From an uncultured Clostridium sp. (GTDB lineage Bacteria; Bacillota; Clostridia; TANB77; CAG-508): 64,000 nucleotides of DNA. Below, in pieces: positions 21,995 to 37,200 of the stretch. The stretch spans positions 11,452 through 75,451 of the forward strand of contig CAOKMF010000004.1 of assembly GCA_948469655.1 (NCBI GenBank). Direction: 5' to 3'. A model generated the notes under the pieces. It had not been told where the DNA came from. It made no database searches and saw nothing but the letters and a program-made list of their open reading frames with translations. The number at the start of each line of letters is the position of its first letter. Position 1 is the first letter of the stretch. Made by a program: the position numbers and the translations under genes.

Positions 21995-24900
21995 CTAAAT
22001 TTCATTATCTTCTGTTTCTTCTATAGTTTTGTCATCTTCTATACTTTCTTTTGTTTCCTCTACCACTTCTATTACTTCTGATTCTTTTTCTTTCGTTTTT
22101 CCTTCTGTTTCTTCTGTTTCTTTTACTTCTTCTGTTTTGTCTTTTGTCTCTTCTCCTACTTGGCTCATGAATTCTGCTTCATCTTCTAAATTCATTTCTT
22201 GTATTTCATATGGATTTTCCCATATAACGACCTCTGCTAGTTTTCCATAGTTTTTAACTAGAATATCTCTATCTTTTTGGTCAACTACTCCATCTTCATT
22301 AAAGTCATATACTTTATTCGCATCGTCTATCTCGCTATCAATGTAATATCCAAATTTTCTGTTAAACCATACTAAGTCGTCTATTTCTATTTCTCCTGTT
22401 TCTACTACATCTCCTGCAATCAAATGATATTCTCCAAGGTTTGCTTCTTTTTCTAAACTATCAAGTACAATGTTTTGGACTGTATATGATAGATACCCTT
22501 GTCTTTCTATTACAAGCTTATATGTATCTGGTTTTACATGTAATTCATATGAGCCATTCTCTTCAGTCTCGACTTTTTGAACAAGAGTATCGTCTTTGTA
22601 TAGTCTTACACTTGCCTTATGTTTTCCTTGAGTATTTTCTGTCACTACACTTCCTATTATTCTTGTCTCAGTCTTTTCTTCTCTTATAATGTCTACTATA
22701 TATGCTCTATATGCCTCATTTTCTGCTTGGCATAGTACTAATACATGTTTTGAACCACCACTTGGAATAATGTGTGTTCCTGCTCCACTTGTGACTTTTG
22801 CTAATGGATCTTCTGGAATTGCATTTATTGTTACTCTGTCTTCCCACTGTGAAAGCTTAACTCTATAGTTCGTCTCTTCTCTACTAAATTCAGGTTCTAA
22901 TGTTCCTGTATCTACTGTTAAGCTTTCTAGATAATTATTATCTGATTTTGCCATTTCTACTTTTATACTGTATCTCGTATGACTTGTTCCATCATGGCTT
23001 GTTACATCTATATTAAATGTTCTATTTTGTGATGTTAAGTCAAGATTTCCGTTCCTTCACTACTGTCGCATACTGGTCTGTTGGTACTGCAAGTACGTCT
23101 TCTGCCTTAAGCTCTATTGTTCCCTTTGGTAATGATAATTTGTACTCTGTAATTCCACTTTCAAATGCAGGTGTTATTTCATATCCTGATACTGCTAGTT
23201 TTTGTAATGTAGAGTCACTACTCTTTTTCCTAATTACATTTATTGTATAAGTTTGTGTTGTATATCCATCTGCTGCAATTGTTTTAATTTGATATGTATT
23301 GGTTTTTAATACTGAAAGTTCTATTATAGGGTCAGGGAATACTTTTGTTGTATCATATATTGGAACTGCAACTATTTCATTTTCAGTAAGTATAAACTTA
23401 TCATTTGGTACAGTAAGTGTATATTCATATTTGTCTGAATTAAATTCTTCTTCTATATCAAATGATTTAACTTGTAAGCTCTTAAGCCTTGCATCATCTG
23501 TTCTTATTCTGTTTACATTTACTGTATATATCTTTTTGCTTCCATCTTCTGCTGTAACTGTAATCTTTCTTACACTTTCTCCATCTGGAACTGGAAGTTC
23601 TCCATGTCCTGTAACTTCAGCAAATCTGTCTTCTGTACTTACTTCAAATGAAAGTAATGCATCTGCATTTCCAAGTGTTAGGTTATATTCTGTATTTCCA
23701 TAAGTAAAGCTTGGGTCTAGTGTTCCTACACTTGGGATTAAATCTATCAAACTATTATTGCTAGATTTTTCCCTGTTTATAATTATCTCATATGTTCTGA
23801 TTTCGCCATTTTCAGCCTTTACATTAATTAGATGTGTATTTTCTCCGTGCTACTAAATATGTATATCCAAATCCTGTAACTTCTGCTGTTTTATCTTCTG
23901 GTTCTCCATTTAGTCTAATATTTGTTGTTCCGGCTGGTACATTTATCTCATATTTTAATGTCTCTTTGTTAAATGCAGGTGTTATTTCTACATTAGTTCC
24001 ACTTATTTGAGCATTTAAACTTTTTAGATAATTATTATTGCTTTGCTTACGTATAATGTTTACTGTATAAGTTCTCTTTACCCCAATAACAGATGTTACA
24101 ACTATCTCTGCCTTATTTTCTCCTACCTTTAAGTCATATATTCCGCCGTTTGTGATTTCCATAGTCGCATTTGCGTCTTCTGGTTCAGCATCTATCTTGA
24201 TACTTGTTACATTATTTTCTACTGTTACTGTGTAATTGTTTGTCGTTTTATTAAAGCTTGGCGTAAGTGTTCCGACTTGATGGTAATATGTAACTTAAGT
24301 AATTATTTGTTGATACTTGTCTATTTACTACTACAGTATAAGTCTCAGTAAGCTTTCCGTCACTTGATGTAACTTCAATTTCAATTAAATTATTACCAAC
24401 TACAAAATTTTCATTTCCTTTAACTACATATGTTGCATTTGGGTCTAGTGTTTCTATAATTAAATCTAAACTTGTTATCTCATTATCTACTGTTACCATG
24501 TAGTTGTTATTATTTTGAGTAAAGTTTGGTATTATTTTGTATCCATTATTATTGTCAAGTCTTGAAAGTTTTGCACTTACAGCTGTTTCTCTTGTTACGT
24601 TAATTATATATGGGTTTTTAATTCCACTTGCAGAAATTACTGTAAGAGTAATTTTATTCTCTCCTACATTTAAGTTATATGTTCCATTTCCCTCTATAGT
24701 CGCTTTACTATCTTCTGGATATCCTACAAATGAAATACTATCTATTTCATATGGGACTGTTATGGTGTATTCATTTACAAGTTTGCTAAATTCTTCATTT
24801 AATTCTCCATTCGAAATCTCAAGTTCCGCTAAATAGTTATTGTCTGATAATCCTTTATATATATTTACTGTATAAGTTTTTGTTTTTCCACTTTCTGATG

Positions 24901-27900
24901 TTACAATTACATCAAAAACATTTTTACCGTCACTTAAGTTTACAAGGCCTATTCCTGAAACTGTTGCATTTTCATCATCTGCAACAGCATCTAAATATAC
25001 TGAATTTACATTATTTGGTACATTTACATCATATATTAGATTACTCTTGTTAAATGCAGGTGTTAGGTTATATCCAATTACTGCTAAATATGCTAAATTG
25101 TTATTGTTAGATCCAGTTTTTGTTACTTTTAAAACATAATCTTTTGTTGTTTTTCCATCTGGAGCAGTTACTCTTATGGTAATTTGGTTTAAACCTTTAT
25201 CTAAGTCTTCATTTCCTATTATTTCGTATGTTGCACCTTCTTGTTCTGGCGTTGCATATATTACAAGTTCGCTTAATGTTGTTTCCACATTATAGTTTGT
25301 AGCCAACTTATCAAAGCTTGGTGAAATTGTATGGTTTTGTATAGATAAACTTGCTAGATTTGCATTATCTGACTCTGCTCTTCTTACCTTTATTTGGTAA
25401 GTCTTTTCTTCCCCTATAGCAGACATTACCTTTACAGTTATTATATTTAGTCCAACATTTAAATTATATGTTCCTGTTCCTGTGATATCTGCTGTATTGT
25501 CTAATGCTTTTGCTGATACTGTTATATTGTCTTCTTCAAATGGTAAATCAACTTCATATACTAAATGTTTTTGGTCAAAGCTTGGTGTAAGAGTTCCTTT
25601 ATTTACTGTAAGTTCCATTAAATCAACTCTATCTTCTAAATCTGGCTGTTTATATACTGTTATATCATAATCTAATCTTGTAACTCCATCAGACGCAATA
25701 ACGCATACTGTAACTAGGTTATCACCATATACAAAATTACTATTTCCTATTATCTCATATGTTGCATCTTTATCTTCCGGTATAGCTTCTAATGTTAAGT
25801 GGTCTACATCATGCTGTACTTTCATTGTATAGTCTGTCTTTGTCTTTTCAAATACTTCGTAAAGTTCTCCTTCTTCTGCAAATAGGCTCTTTAAGTACGC
25901 ATTGTTTGATTTTGCTCTTACAATTAAAATATCATATTCTTTATAGCTTCCGGTCTTCTGCTTGTACTTTCATTTTAACTGTATTTTGTCCAATATCTAG
26001 GGTATATTTTCCATTTCCTGATATTACTTTAGATGTAGCAATTTCTGGAATTCCTGTGATTGTCATTTCGTCTATTTCATTTCTTACATCAAGTCTTATA
26101 GTGTTAAAATCTATAATATTTGATATTGCACCTTTATCATTATCTACCCTTATTAAGTTTGCATTTCCGGTTCTGTTTTCTAACCACATTTATATTGTAT
26201 GTTCTTACATTTCCGTTTTCTGCTTGAACCGTTATTGTTACTTCATTATCTCCTATCTGAAGCGCATATACTCCTTCTCCCGTAACAATACTTGCTTTAT
26301 CATCCTTTACTGCCTTTATTTCAATGTTTGTAACTTCATTTTCTACTTCTACTCTGTAATCTGTTATTTCTTTATCAAACTTAGGAGCTAAACTTCCATG
26401 ATTTGTTATTATATTTAATAAATAATCATTTTCTGATGGTTCTTTATTCACAGTTATCTTGTAATCTCTTTGTTCTCCGATTTTCTGCTGTAACTCTAAT
26501 TATTACAATATTTTTTCCTGTTACGAAATTAGAATTCTGAATTACTTTATATGTTGCTGTTTTATCTTCCGTTTGTATTGTAAGTGGCAAATTTGTTACA
26601 GAAGATGGAACTGTTATCTCATATTCGTTTTCTAGTTTATCAAATTCTTTATCAAAGCTTCCCACAGATGTTATTAAAGTTTTTAAGTAGTTATTGCTAG
26701 ACTGGTCTCTATTAATATTTACATAGTAGTATGCTTTTGAGCCGGTCCTGTGCTGTAACTTCTAATTTATATGTATTTGTTCCTGTTCTTAAAGTTTTTT
26801 CTCCAGCTCCTGTAACTGTCGTCGTACTTACTTCTGGAATCGCCTCAATATTTACATTCTCTACTTCATTTGGAACTGTTACAGTATATGTATCTAAAAG
26901 TTTATTATATGTTGGATCCATAGGGTATACTGCTTCTCCATTTTTTACAGATAATGAAGATATAAATACATTTCCACTTTGTTTTCTGTATGCATGAATT
27001 ATATATACTGCTTGTTCGCCATTTGGTGCTGTCACTATAATATATATATCATTTAGTCCAACTTTTAGGTCTGTATTTCCTTCTATAATTGGCGTTATTT
27101 CCTTCATTTCGGGAATTGCTGTAATATCTAAATGTGTTACTTCATTTTCTACTTCGATAAAGTATTCTAGCACATCTTGGTCAAATTCTAAATCTGTTTC
27201 CACATTGTCAATTGTTAAGCTTTCAAGAAGGCAGTTTCCACTCATATCTCTTGTTATGTGATATGTATATTCTGATTTAGTTACTCCATCTTCTGCTGTA
27301 ACTGTAATAACAATAGTATTTTCTCCTGCTTCAAGCATTACTTCTCCGTCGCCTGTAACTGTTTGATATTTATGTCCTTTTTCTACATTAAATGTTAGTT
27401 TCTTAATTCTGCTTGGCACAGTCATAGAGTATTCATGTACATCAGGGTCAAACTCTTTTGGGTCTAAAACTCCATAAAGTTCTGGGTTTACATTAATAAT
27501 ATTTTCGATTAGTCCATCAATAGTTATATTTAGTGGTTTAGAGTTATCAGATGCTTCTCTATCTACTATTATTTTATATTCTCTTACATCTTCACTTTCA
27601 GCTGTTACTTTAAGTATTATTTCTGTTTTCCCTGCTGGAATATCATAAGTTCCATTTCCTTCTACAGTTGCCTTAATATCATCTACTACTCCATAAATTG
27701 TAAGGTCTGTATCTTCTGGGTTTAAGTGTACTTTATATTCAAATGTTTCGTAATTCACTTCTGGCTCTAGTACACCTTTATTTACTTGGATTTCCTTAAG
27801 TAAATTATTTTGTGATGGGTCTTCTAAAAGTGTTATTCTTGCATGTCCGTTTGAAGAGTTTCCTTTGACATAGTTTCCTGCTGGACTTGGCATTCCTACA

Positions 27901-30900
27901 TATCCTTGCTTAGAATCTGTCCATTCATACCCTTCACCGTCTATCATAACTGTCTTTTTAAATTTGTAATTTGAGTAATGTATATTTTCTCCTGTCGGGT
28001 TTCCGTCTTCTCCTGTGCTGTTACATCCGTCATGACCTGATATGTATGAAGAACCACCAGAACCTGCTGACTGACGCGAGATATTATTTGTGCTACCACC
28101 ATAATATCCTGCACCTCCGTCCGGCCTACACCATCACTATCTGCTTTTCCCCATGCATCTCTACCTGTACCTAATTCCCAACCTGAATCTTGTGTTCCTG
28201 CAGGACTTTTTGAATAATATGAATACCCATTTAATCCTCCACCTGAACCACCTTTATATGACCATGAAGCACCTCCGACCTGCTCCTGCAACCATTATTC
28301 TAGAGTATAGACTTTCTTTATCATTCCATGAACCTGGAACCAGTCTAAAGTCCGTCGCTCCTCCTCCTGCTCCTGATGTTTCATTATCACTTCTATCCCA
28401 AGTTCCAAGTCCTCCGCCGTTCCAGCTTTGAGCTGAATCTTTTCCTACAACCGAATCAGTTCCTTGCTGTCCTACATATATATATATTGTATCTCCTTCA
28501 TTTAATTTAATTGTTCCTGAAGTATATCCTCCAAGTCCAGCAGTTCCTCCAAGTCTTCCATTTATTCTTGCATATCCTCCTCTTGCTCCCCAACCTTCAA
28601 ATTTGTAAAGACCAGTTTTTGGTGCTACAAATACTTGATAATCTCCTGTATATGGGAAATCATATACTTCTTCTCCTTCGTTTTCTCCTTTTTGTACGTA
28701 AATTGTATATACTGTATCTTCTACCCCTTCTCTTGAAACAGTTATTGTTACAGTATTTCTTCCTGTTTTTATATATCCTGCACCTTTTATTACAACTTTT
28801 GCATTTTCATCATATGGTATTGCTACCGTATCAAGTGCAATTACTCCTGGAGTAACTTCAAATTCATAAGTCGTTTTATCACTTTGGAATAATGGTGCAA
28901 AGTTTTGATCTTTAAAATCTAAAAATTTCAATTTTGTATTTGGCTGTTTTGTTAGCACTATATTATATAAAGATGTACTTAATCCGGTCTTCTGATGTAA
29001 CTTCTATTGTCTTTACCGTTGTCCATGCTGATACATCTACTTCTCCTATACCCACAACCTTTTGATTTGGGAATTTTTTAATTCCATCTAAATTTATACT
29101 ATTTTCTATCCAATATGGCATTACAATTTCATAACTCAAGTTTGCTTCTTGGTAATTTTCTATTTCTTCTCCGTCTAATTTTATACTTGCTAGATGGCTA
29201 TTTGATGATGCTTTTCTTACAAAATGTAAATTATATGTATATTCTAAGCCGTATTCATTAGTTGCTTTTATTTGTTTTATAGTTTCACCTGGATATGTTT
29301 CTACTGTTTGAACTTTTCCACCTTCTACTGTAATAGCTTCTCCAGACGTTTCTACTGTGACAATTGGATATGCTTCTTCACTATCTAACTCTATATAATA
29401 ATCTGTTTCAGCTGGGTTAAATTCTCTTGTCATATGTCCTTTATCTACTGTTATATTTGTAATTGCTTGACTGTCCATTGAACTAAGTGATGTGATCGTT
29501 GCTTTACTTGTATCTGATACTCCTGCGGTTAAAGTAGTGTTTTTAAATATTTTTCCTGAATAATGGTAAGAATCTGATAACTGTGTAAACTCCTCGACTT
29601 TAGGAGTAATATCATCTTCTGATTTTATTCCTATACATTCTGGATGTCCTGATACATATCCTGATCCTCCAGCACCTGATGAAGATTTCTTTGTATTACT
29701 AGTATATCCACCATAGTAACCTCCGGCCTCCGACCGTCCTACACCATCACTATCTCCTACTCCCCATGCATTTTGACCCACACCAAAAGCATATCCAGAA
29801 ACTTGAGTTCCTGGTTTTCCAACACATGAAGTAGTTCCATTAACTCCTCCACCTGTTCCTGCTACATATTTCCAAGATGCACCACCTCCGCCGACCTGCT
29901 ACAATAATTCTAGACGCAAGACCTTTATCATCATTCCAATTTCCTGAAACTAAACGAATATCTGTTGCTCCACCGACCTGCTCCTGATGTTTCGTTATCA
30001 TTATGGTCCCATGTTCCAAGGCCTCCGCCCATTCCATGTCGCTGCTGAATCTTTTTTAACAACTGCATCGGTTCCAGTTTCTCCTACATATACATAGTAT
30101 TTTTCACCTTTTTTTAGTGCAATTTCTCCGGCTAGCATATCCACCTTTTCCATATGGAGATGCTAAACTTCCGTCATTTCTTGATTTTCCTCCCCTTGCT
30201 CCCCATACTTCAAATTTGTACATTCCTGTATATGGAACAACAAATTCTTGATATGCTCCTTTGTAATCATAGTTATGTACTTGGTCAGAATCTACACATG
30301 TAATTGTATAAACCATTGGTTCAGCAATATATGCATTTGTAACTGTTATAGTAATTTTGCTTCCAATTCCTATATTGTCTTGTCCTTCTATTGTAATTTT
30401 TGATGATTCGTCCCAAGCTGATGCAAATACATTTACTGATGTTACTTCTCTATCTTTTGGAAGATTTATTGTATAATTTGTTTCTTCCGGTGTAAATTCT
30501 GGGAATAAATTATATCCTGGAAGTTCAATGTTTTTTAGATATGCATTATTGCTTCTTCTTAAATTCAATGTATATCTCTTTTTATTTTTCTTATCTTCTG
30601 CCAATACATCAAATATAATAGTTTTTTCATACCCTGTCATTATATATTCTGTTTCACCGTTTTATTTCTTGCCCATCATCTAATTTTAAATATTCAATTC
30701 TTATCAAGTCTTCTGTTTTGTATGGCAACTCTATTTCATAAGTATCTTTTGTTTCATCAAAACTACATTCTATTCCGGTTTATTTTTACTCCACTAAGTT
30801 TGGTTTCGCTTGAAGGTATTTTCTCTTCACCTGTTTCAATATTTTCTACTAAACGCTTTATACTATCTACAAAGCCTAAAGAATAATCATCTGTCATTTT

Positions 30901-30999
30901 TACTGTTAAAACTGACACGCAAACTAAAGCTATACCTGCCATGCAAGCAAAGCCAATTCTTCTTTGTAATTTTCTCTTTAGTTTTTTGGTCATTTTCAT
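21995..30999 (-). CDS. Giant (~3,000 aa) dockerin-bearing cell-surface protein. N-terminal TM/signal; two tandem copies of (cadherin-like domain + Gly-rich beta-helix-like domain, YKFEVWGARGG...YVYVG...NGGGLGTWD...GAGGGATD.RLV...VAGGGG); ~15 cadherin-like beta-sandwich repeats (...YT.TVTAEDG...Y...V.R); CarboxypepD_reg-like domain; type-I dockerin (DLVWFNRKFGYYIDSEIDDANKVYDFNEDGVVDQKDRDILV); acidic Glu/Thr/Lys tail. Heavily fragmented by extra C before Gly codons.
   Basis: I re-translated every junction from 23830 down to the stop at 21995 by hand, and the frame runs through once the extra Cs are removed. Upstream fragments share domain type and orientation, with no internal RBS or terminator. 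RBS AAAGAGGA upstream of the ATG at 30999. Confidence 0.6.
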
Positions 31000-31059
31000 C
31001 TTATGTTCCTCTTTTGCTTTTGTCTTAACTAGAATTATCTCATAATACTAGTTACTAAC

Positions 31060-31087
31060 ATTATATGCATATTTTTTCTGATTTCAA
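31060..31087 (-). promoter_or_regulatory. Sigma-A-type promoter of the ~3,000-aa giant gene (minus strand): -35 TTGAAA (31082-31087), 16-nt spacer, -10 TATAAT (31060-31065).
   Basis: Hexamers and spacing read from the sequence. The same block is duplicated upstream of the ~4,760-aa giant at 45608-45635. Confidence 0.5.
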
Positions 31088-31103
31088 GTGCATAAAAATT
31101 AGT

Positions 31104-31143
31104 CAAAAAAATAAGCCCCTTTTTCCTTTACGGAAAGGGCTTC
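31104..31143 (-). terminator. Second rho-independent terminator between the two giant genes.
   Basis: Minus strand AAGCCC-tttccgtaaaggaaaaag-GGGCTT followed by ATTTTTTT. Confidence 0.5.
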
Positions 31144-31227
31144 GCACCTTTTTTACTATTTTCTTGACATTTTCATAACTTTTTTATTACAAAGAGTGGT
31201 AAAATCGAGTTTTTCTTTAGGGAGAAG

Positions 31228-31266
31228 CAATTTTACAAAAATGCGAGAGAAATTCTCCCGCATTTT
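31228..31266 (-). terminator. Rho-independent terminator directly after the ~4,760-aa giant.
   Basis: Minus strand AAAATGCGGGAGAATTTCTCTCGCATTTTTG. Confidence 0.6.
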
Positions 31267-31274
31267 GTTTGTTA

Positions 31275-34200
31275 TTAGAATTCTAAATAATCATTTGGAT
31301 CTTCACTACTCTTTGGCTTACTACTTTCTTTCCTTATCTCAAAGTGTAAGTGATGCCCTGTGCTGTTTCCTGCATTTTCGTCTTCTCCTGGCTCTCCTCC
31401 TTCTAGCCCTATGATGTCCCCTGCTTTTACTTCGTCTCCTACCTTTACATCTAACCTCGACATATGTGCATAAAAACTATATACTTCTTCCCCGTTTATA
31501 TTATGCCTTATCTCGATGCAGTTACCGTAACCTTTTTGCACCCCACTAAAGGTTACTTCTCCATCATATACTGCTAGTATTTCTGCATGATGTTCTACTC
31601 TTAAGTCTATTCCTGCATGTACTGTCTCTTCTCCTGTGATAGGATCTTCTCTTAAGCCATATGCTGATGTTATACTGTAATTACATGCTACTGGTAACAT
31701 GAATTCTGCTTCATCTTCTAGATTCATTTCTTGTATTTCATATGGGTTTTCCCATACTACTACTTCTGCTAGTTTTCCATAGTTTGCAACTAATACGTCT
31801 CTATCTTTTTGATCAACTACTCCGTCTTCATTAAAGTCATATACTTTATTTGCGTCGTCTATTTCGCTATCTATGTAATATCCGAATTTTCTGTTAAACC
31901 ATACTAAGTCGTCTATTTCTATTTCTCCTGTTTCTACTACATCTCCTGCTGATAGTTTATGTTCTCCTAAGTCTATGTCTTTATTTGGTATTAATGTTAT
32001 ATCTGTTACTGTATAGCTTAGGTATCCGCTTTTTAGTCGCAACTATTTCATATTTTTCATCTAACAAGCTTGCATCATCAATTCCTTCTGTGTATGCCCT
32101 TATTTTGAATGTTCCATCTTCATTTGTTTCTACTTCGTCTATCACTTCGTCTGGGTCCCCAAGTTTGTATAGTGTTACTTTTGATTTGTGTTTTCCTTCG
32201 AAGTTTTCTGTTAAAATGCTTCCTGTAATGTCTATAATTTTATCTTCGTCTATCTGATTTTCAATTTGCAATGTATATTCTTGCTCTTCGCCATTTTCAG
32301 AAGTTACAATAACTTTAAACTCTTTTGTTTCTCCCATTAAAACTGCTAAATCTCCTACTAGCTTTCCAGTTTGATTTTCTATTATAACATTTCCTTCTAA
32401 GTCTTCTATTCTGACTTTTGCTTTTTCATCTTTTAACTTAATCTCTACTGGATAATTTTCTTTGTTCATAACTACTGTAGAATATGTTAGTCCATCTTCA
32501 CTTATGACTGTTCCTAAATTATCTACTTTTATATAGATAATTCCAGTTTCAGTAGATTTTTGTCTTATCTTTAGGTCATATTCTTCGTATCCTACATTTT
32601 CCCCTTTGTGTGATACGATTTTTATTATATAGTTATCTTCAAGTTCTTCTGTGCTTAAGTTTAATGTCACATTAACTTTGCCTATTCCACTTGCAATGGT
32701 ATTTCCTTCTGAATCTATAAGCATTACAGTTTGAAGTTCATTTTCTGCAGTAATTACAACTTCTGGCTTATTTGCATTTGGCACAATTGCTTCGTATCTT
32801 TCATTTACTTCATCATAGTCTATAGTCTCAGAGTTCACTTCTACGCTCTTTAGTGATACATCTGCATTTTTAGTTATTATAATTGTTTGCTCTCTTTCTG
32901 TACCATCTTCTGCCATAACAGTAACAATTAAGGTTACACTATCTGAATCTAAACTACTACTTAATGAAATTTTTCTTGTAATTTGGTAAATTTCAAACTC
33001 TTCTTCTGATTCTCCTTCTTCTGCTTTAAGTCTTAATTTACCATATTTATTGTTTAATGTAATAGTTAAGTCTATTTCTTCTAGTTCTTCTTTTACAGTT
33101 ACATAAATTGCATCATCTTTAAATTCAGTATTTGTCACACCTTCTCCTGTAACAGATTTAATACTTGTATCACTAGATTTTTTCTCTATTACTAAAATAT
33201 ATTCTTTTTCTGTGCCATCTTCACCAGTTACAACAATTGGAACTTCTGTAATATCATTTTTAAGTATAACTCTAACTATTTCGTTAGTTTCACCATTTAT
33301 CTTTGAAGTAGATTTTTCTGAAACTAAAACTACTTTTACGAATCCTTCTGATACTTTTCCTATCCTATAATGATATTTTCCGTCGTCTTCAAGTACCGCT
33401 TCTTCTAAGTCTTCTGAACTTTCACCTGCTAAAACATTTAATATATCGTAATTTGCTTCTGCAATTTCTACGAATAACTGATATTTTGCTAGGCTTCCGG
33501 TCTTCTGCTGTAACAGTGATTTCATATTCGTATACTGTTTTTCCGTCTACTACTGTTTCTGTCTTTTTTGCGATGTAAGATGTGTTTGCTTCCCCATCAA
33601 TTTGAGTTATAGCTTTTGTGTCTTCTGCTTTTGCTTCTACATTTATATCAGTCGTAGAATTTATTACTTTTTCTCTGTATATTCCATCTACATCAGGACT
33701 AACTATTTTGCCATTTACTGTAACTACGTCTAGGTTTGTATTTGCAGATTGTTCTAAGATTGCTATAGTGTAAATTTCTGTTTCTAAGCCATTTTGTGAT
33801 GTAACTTTAACTTTAACAATAGTCTCTTGCCCTGTTTTTGTAACTGTGATGTTATCTTTTCCGATAGCTTTTGGGTTACTTCCAAGTTCCATAGTTGCTA
33901 ATAAGTCACTTAATGTAACTTCTACATTAAATTCAGTATCATGGCTTCTTATCTCATATCTATTTTTTCCTTCAATATATGTTGCTAAGACCCCATTTAT
34001 CTCTACTTTTTCAATAGTTGCGTCATCTGGAAGTCCTTCTATTACAAGTACATAGTTCTTTATGCTTCCATCTTCTGCTTTAACTTTAATGTTTGCTTCT
34101 GTCTGTTTTGCTGTAATATCTACTTGCTTTGTAGTTTCATATAATTCAAAGACTGTATTTTCAATGTTGACGTAAGCCTCGATAGGAGATTTAACTTCCG

Positions 34201-37200
34201 TTACCGCTTTTACTTCTACACTTGTTTTTGCACTTGTTAAATAGTAATGGTACTTACCATCTTCTCCAAGGGTTGCAAGATTTCCATCTACTTCTATTTT
34301 CTCTAAGTTCACATTTGTGCTCATTTTAATTACTTTTACCGTAATTTCTTTTTCAGCTGTTCCGTCTTCTAATTGTACTTTAATACTAACTATTGTTTCG
34401 TCTCCTGTAAGTGTAACTCCTTGTCTATCTTTATTTTGTACCCAAATACCAGTATTTGCAATTTGTATTTTGTCTTTTACATATTCTGTTATTCCTATTA
34501 CATCTACATTAGATAGATCATATGGTACTTTTATTTCATAGTTTTCATCATCAATCTTCTTAGATTTATACACCTTATCCCCATTCTCAGCATATATATC
34601 TACTATATTGATTTCTGGCTCTTCCCATTCGACTTTTCTAATTATTAATGTATATTCTGCAATTGTTCCTGCTTCTGATTTTACAATAAATTTTACATTT
34701 TTTACATCTTTATCAAGTGTTATATCTTTTTCATCTTGTTTTTTTACATACTGCTTTCCATCTATACTTATTTCACTTTCCCCTTCGGTTAGTTCTATTT
34801 TTACTTTTGATATATCTGTAAATTCTGTAACTTCCACTTCATATGTCATTTTTGCATCTGCGACAAGTTTTGCCGTGATATCTTCTACTGTATTATCTGC
34901 CTTTACTGAACTTGCTGTAATTTTTAATATGCTTACATCATCTGTAAGTTCTCTTTCGACTACTCTTTTTAATTTTACTTCTTTTCCAGTCACCTTATCT
35001 TTTACTGTGATATATGCTGTTCCTTCTGATATTCCCTCTAATCTTCCATTTTCGTTTACTGATACAACACTTGAATTATCACTTGTTATTTCAAAGTCAC
35101 TTCTTGGTACTTCTGTATCTTCAAATACATTAAACTGTATTAATTCTATACTTAAGTCTTCTGTTTCACCTATTTTCATAGCTTTGTTTTCCGGATCTAT
35201 ATTTAGAATTCTGTTTCCGACTATTGTATAATCTTCACTATCGTCTCTTGTTCCATTTCCTAAAGAGCCATAGTTATTTTCTCCAGAAGCATATACATTT
35301 CCTGTATTTTCTATAATGTATGTATTGTTATTTCCGGATGCCTATTCCAAAAGCATTTTCTCCATAGTTTGTTACTTTTGTACCATTTTCATAAACTTCT
35401 TCATCTACTGTTTGGTACATAATGCTATTTTCTTTTCCTTCTATGTCGATTACTTTAGAAGTAATTTGTGTTTCTATTACGTTTTCTCCTGCATATTCTA
35501 AGACTTTGCCTTCTGTTGTTAAAATTACGATTTTATCATTTAACACTATAGATTTTACTGCATTATCTATGCCTTCTATTTCGCCATTTAATAAATCACC
35601 AAAACCTATTACTTTTCCTTTTGTTGTAACAAATGCTGCTTGATTTGTTTGGCATGAAACATTTATTACTCCTGACGTAATTTTATCGTATCTAGTAACT
35701 CTCTCTAAGTCTCTTTCCCATTTATATACAAGTCCAATATCGTCTATCATATATGCTATATTTCCGCCGGCAAGAAATTTTCTTTATATTATTTAAGCCG
35801 TCTATTTGTGTTAATTTCTTTGGGTTTTTGTTTGTTCCTGTTACCAAAACTGTTCCGTCCGACTTTAATGCCATAAGGAAGTCATCCCCAGCTTTTATAT
35901 CTTCAAAAGTAGATATACTATCTACCTTTGTCGGTAAATCTTTTGTCTCAAAGCTTCCGGATTCCAAGCTGTCCTGCTCCATTATATCCGAATGTCCATA
36001 TGCTTCCATCAGCCTTTAATACTGCTCCAAAGTTTTCTCCGTCCTGTGACTTTAGGTGAGACTTTAGAACCTTCTGGAACTACTTTTATAAGTACACTAT
36101 ATATTTTTTGAGATTGGCTTGAAACTACATTTACTCTAGTTGCTCCAATATTTTTTCCTGTAACTTTTCCACTCGCAGAAACCGATGCTATATCTGTTTT
36201 AAGTGAGCTATATTCTAGTGAATCTGCAAAGTCTTTACTATCATATATTAGGTTAAATTCATATGATATGTCTTCTATAATATCTTTGCTTTGTCCTTTT
36301 TCTAAAACTATTTCAGTTTCAGATGGTCCACTGAATTCGTCTCCTACTTGCACTGGGACATTTCCTCTTGTTTTTACTCTTATGCTTTCGTCTCCGTGTG
36401 TATAGTCTCCACTTGCCCAAACTGTTCCGTCTTTTTTTAAGAATACTGTATATGTATTTCCTGCATCAATATCCATTACTTCGTTTATAGTATCTAGTTT
36501 TTCGAAGCTTTCTACATTTATATTTGTTCCTTTTCCTAGCTCTCCACGTGAATTTTGTCCACATACGAAAACTTCTCCATCTTTATTTATAACTGCTTGA
36601 TAGTTCTTTCCACCTGTAAGATAACGTATATCACTTAATCCTTCTATCTTTCTTGGTGTATCTATGTATGTTCCAAGGCTTCCAATTCCAAGTTCTTTGT
36701 ATATATTTGAACCCCAAGTATATACTTCTCCTGTGTCTTTTAATGCCATTACTGTACTATCACCTACACCTATTTGGACAATATTTTTAAGTTCTTTTAC
36801 TTTTGTAAATTCTTTTACTTTTGTTAGCCCTGTATCATTTTGTCCTAGTTCTCCATATAGATTTGAACCTGTAACATATACTTCTCCTGTGCTTTTAAGT
36901 GCTACTGTATGATTTTTACCAGCTTTTATATCAATTATGTCTGTCATGTTCTTAGCTCTATTTATTGATATATTGTTTGTATAGCTTCCGTATACCACCT
37001 TCTCCATTTGAGTTTAGACCAAAGCTATATACTTCTCCTAAAGCTCCTATCGCAAATGATGTGTTACTTCCACATGCAATTTTTCTAATATTACTTAAGC
37101 CATCTATTTTTATTGGTGAAGGTACATCTTTTGTATTTGTATTTCCAAGTTGGAAGTTAGAATTTTCGCCCCAAGCCCAAACATTACCATTTTCGTCTAG

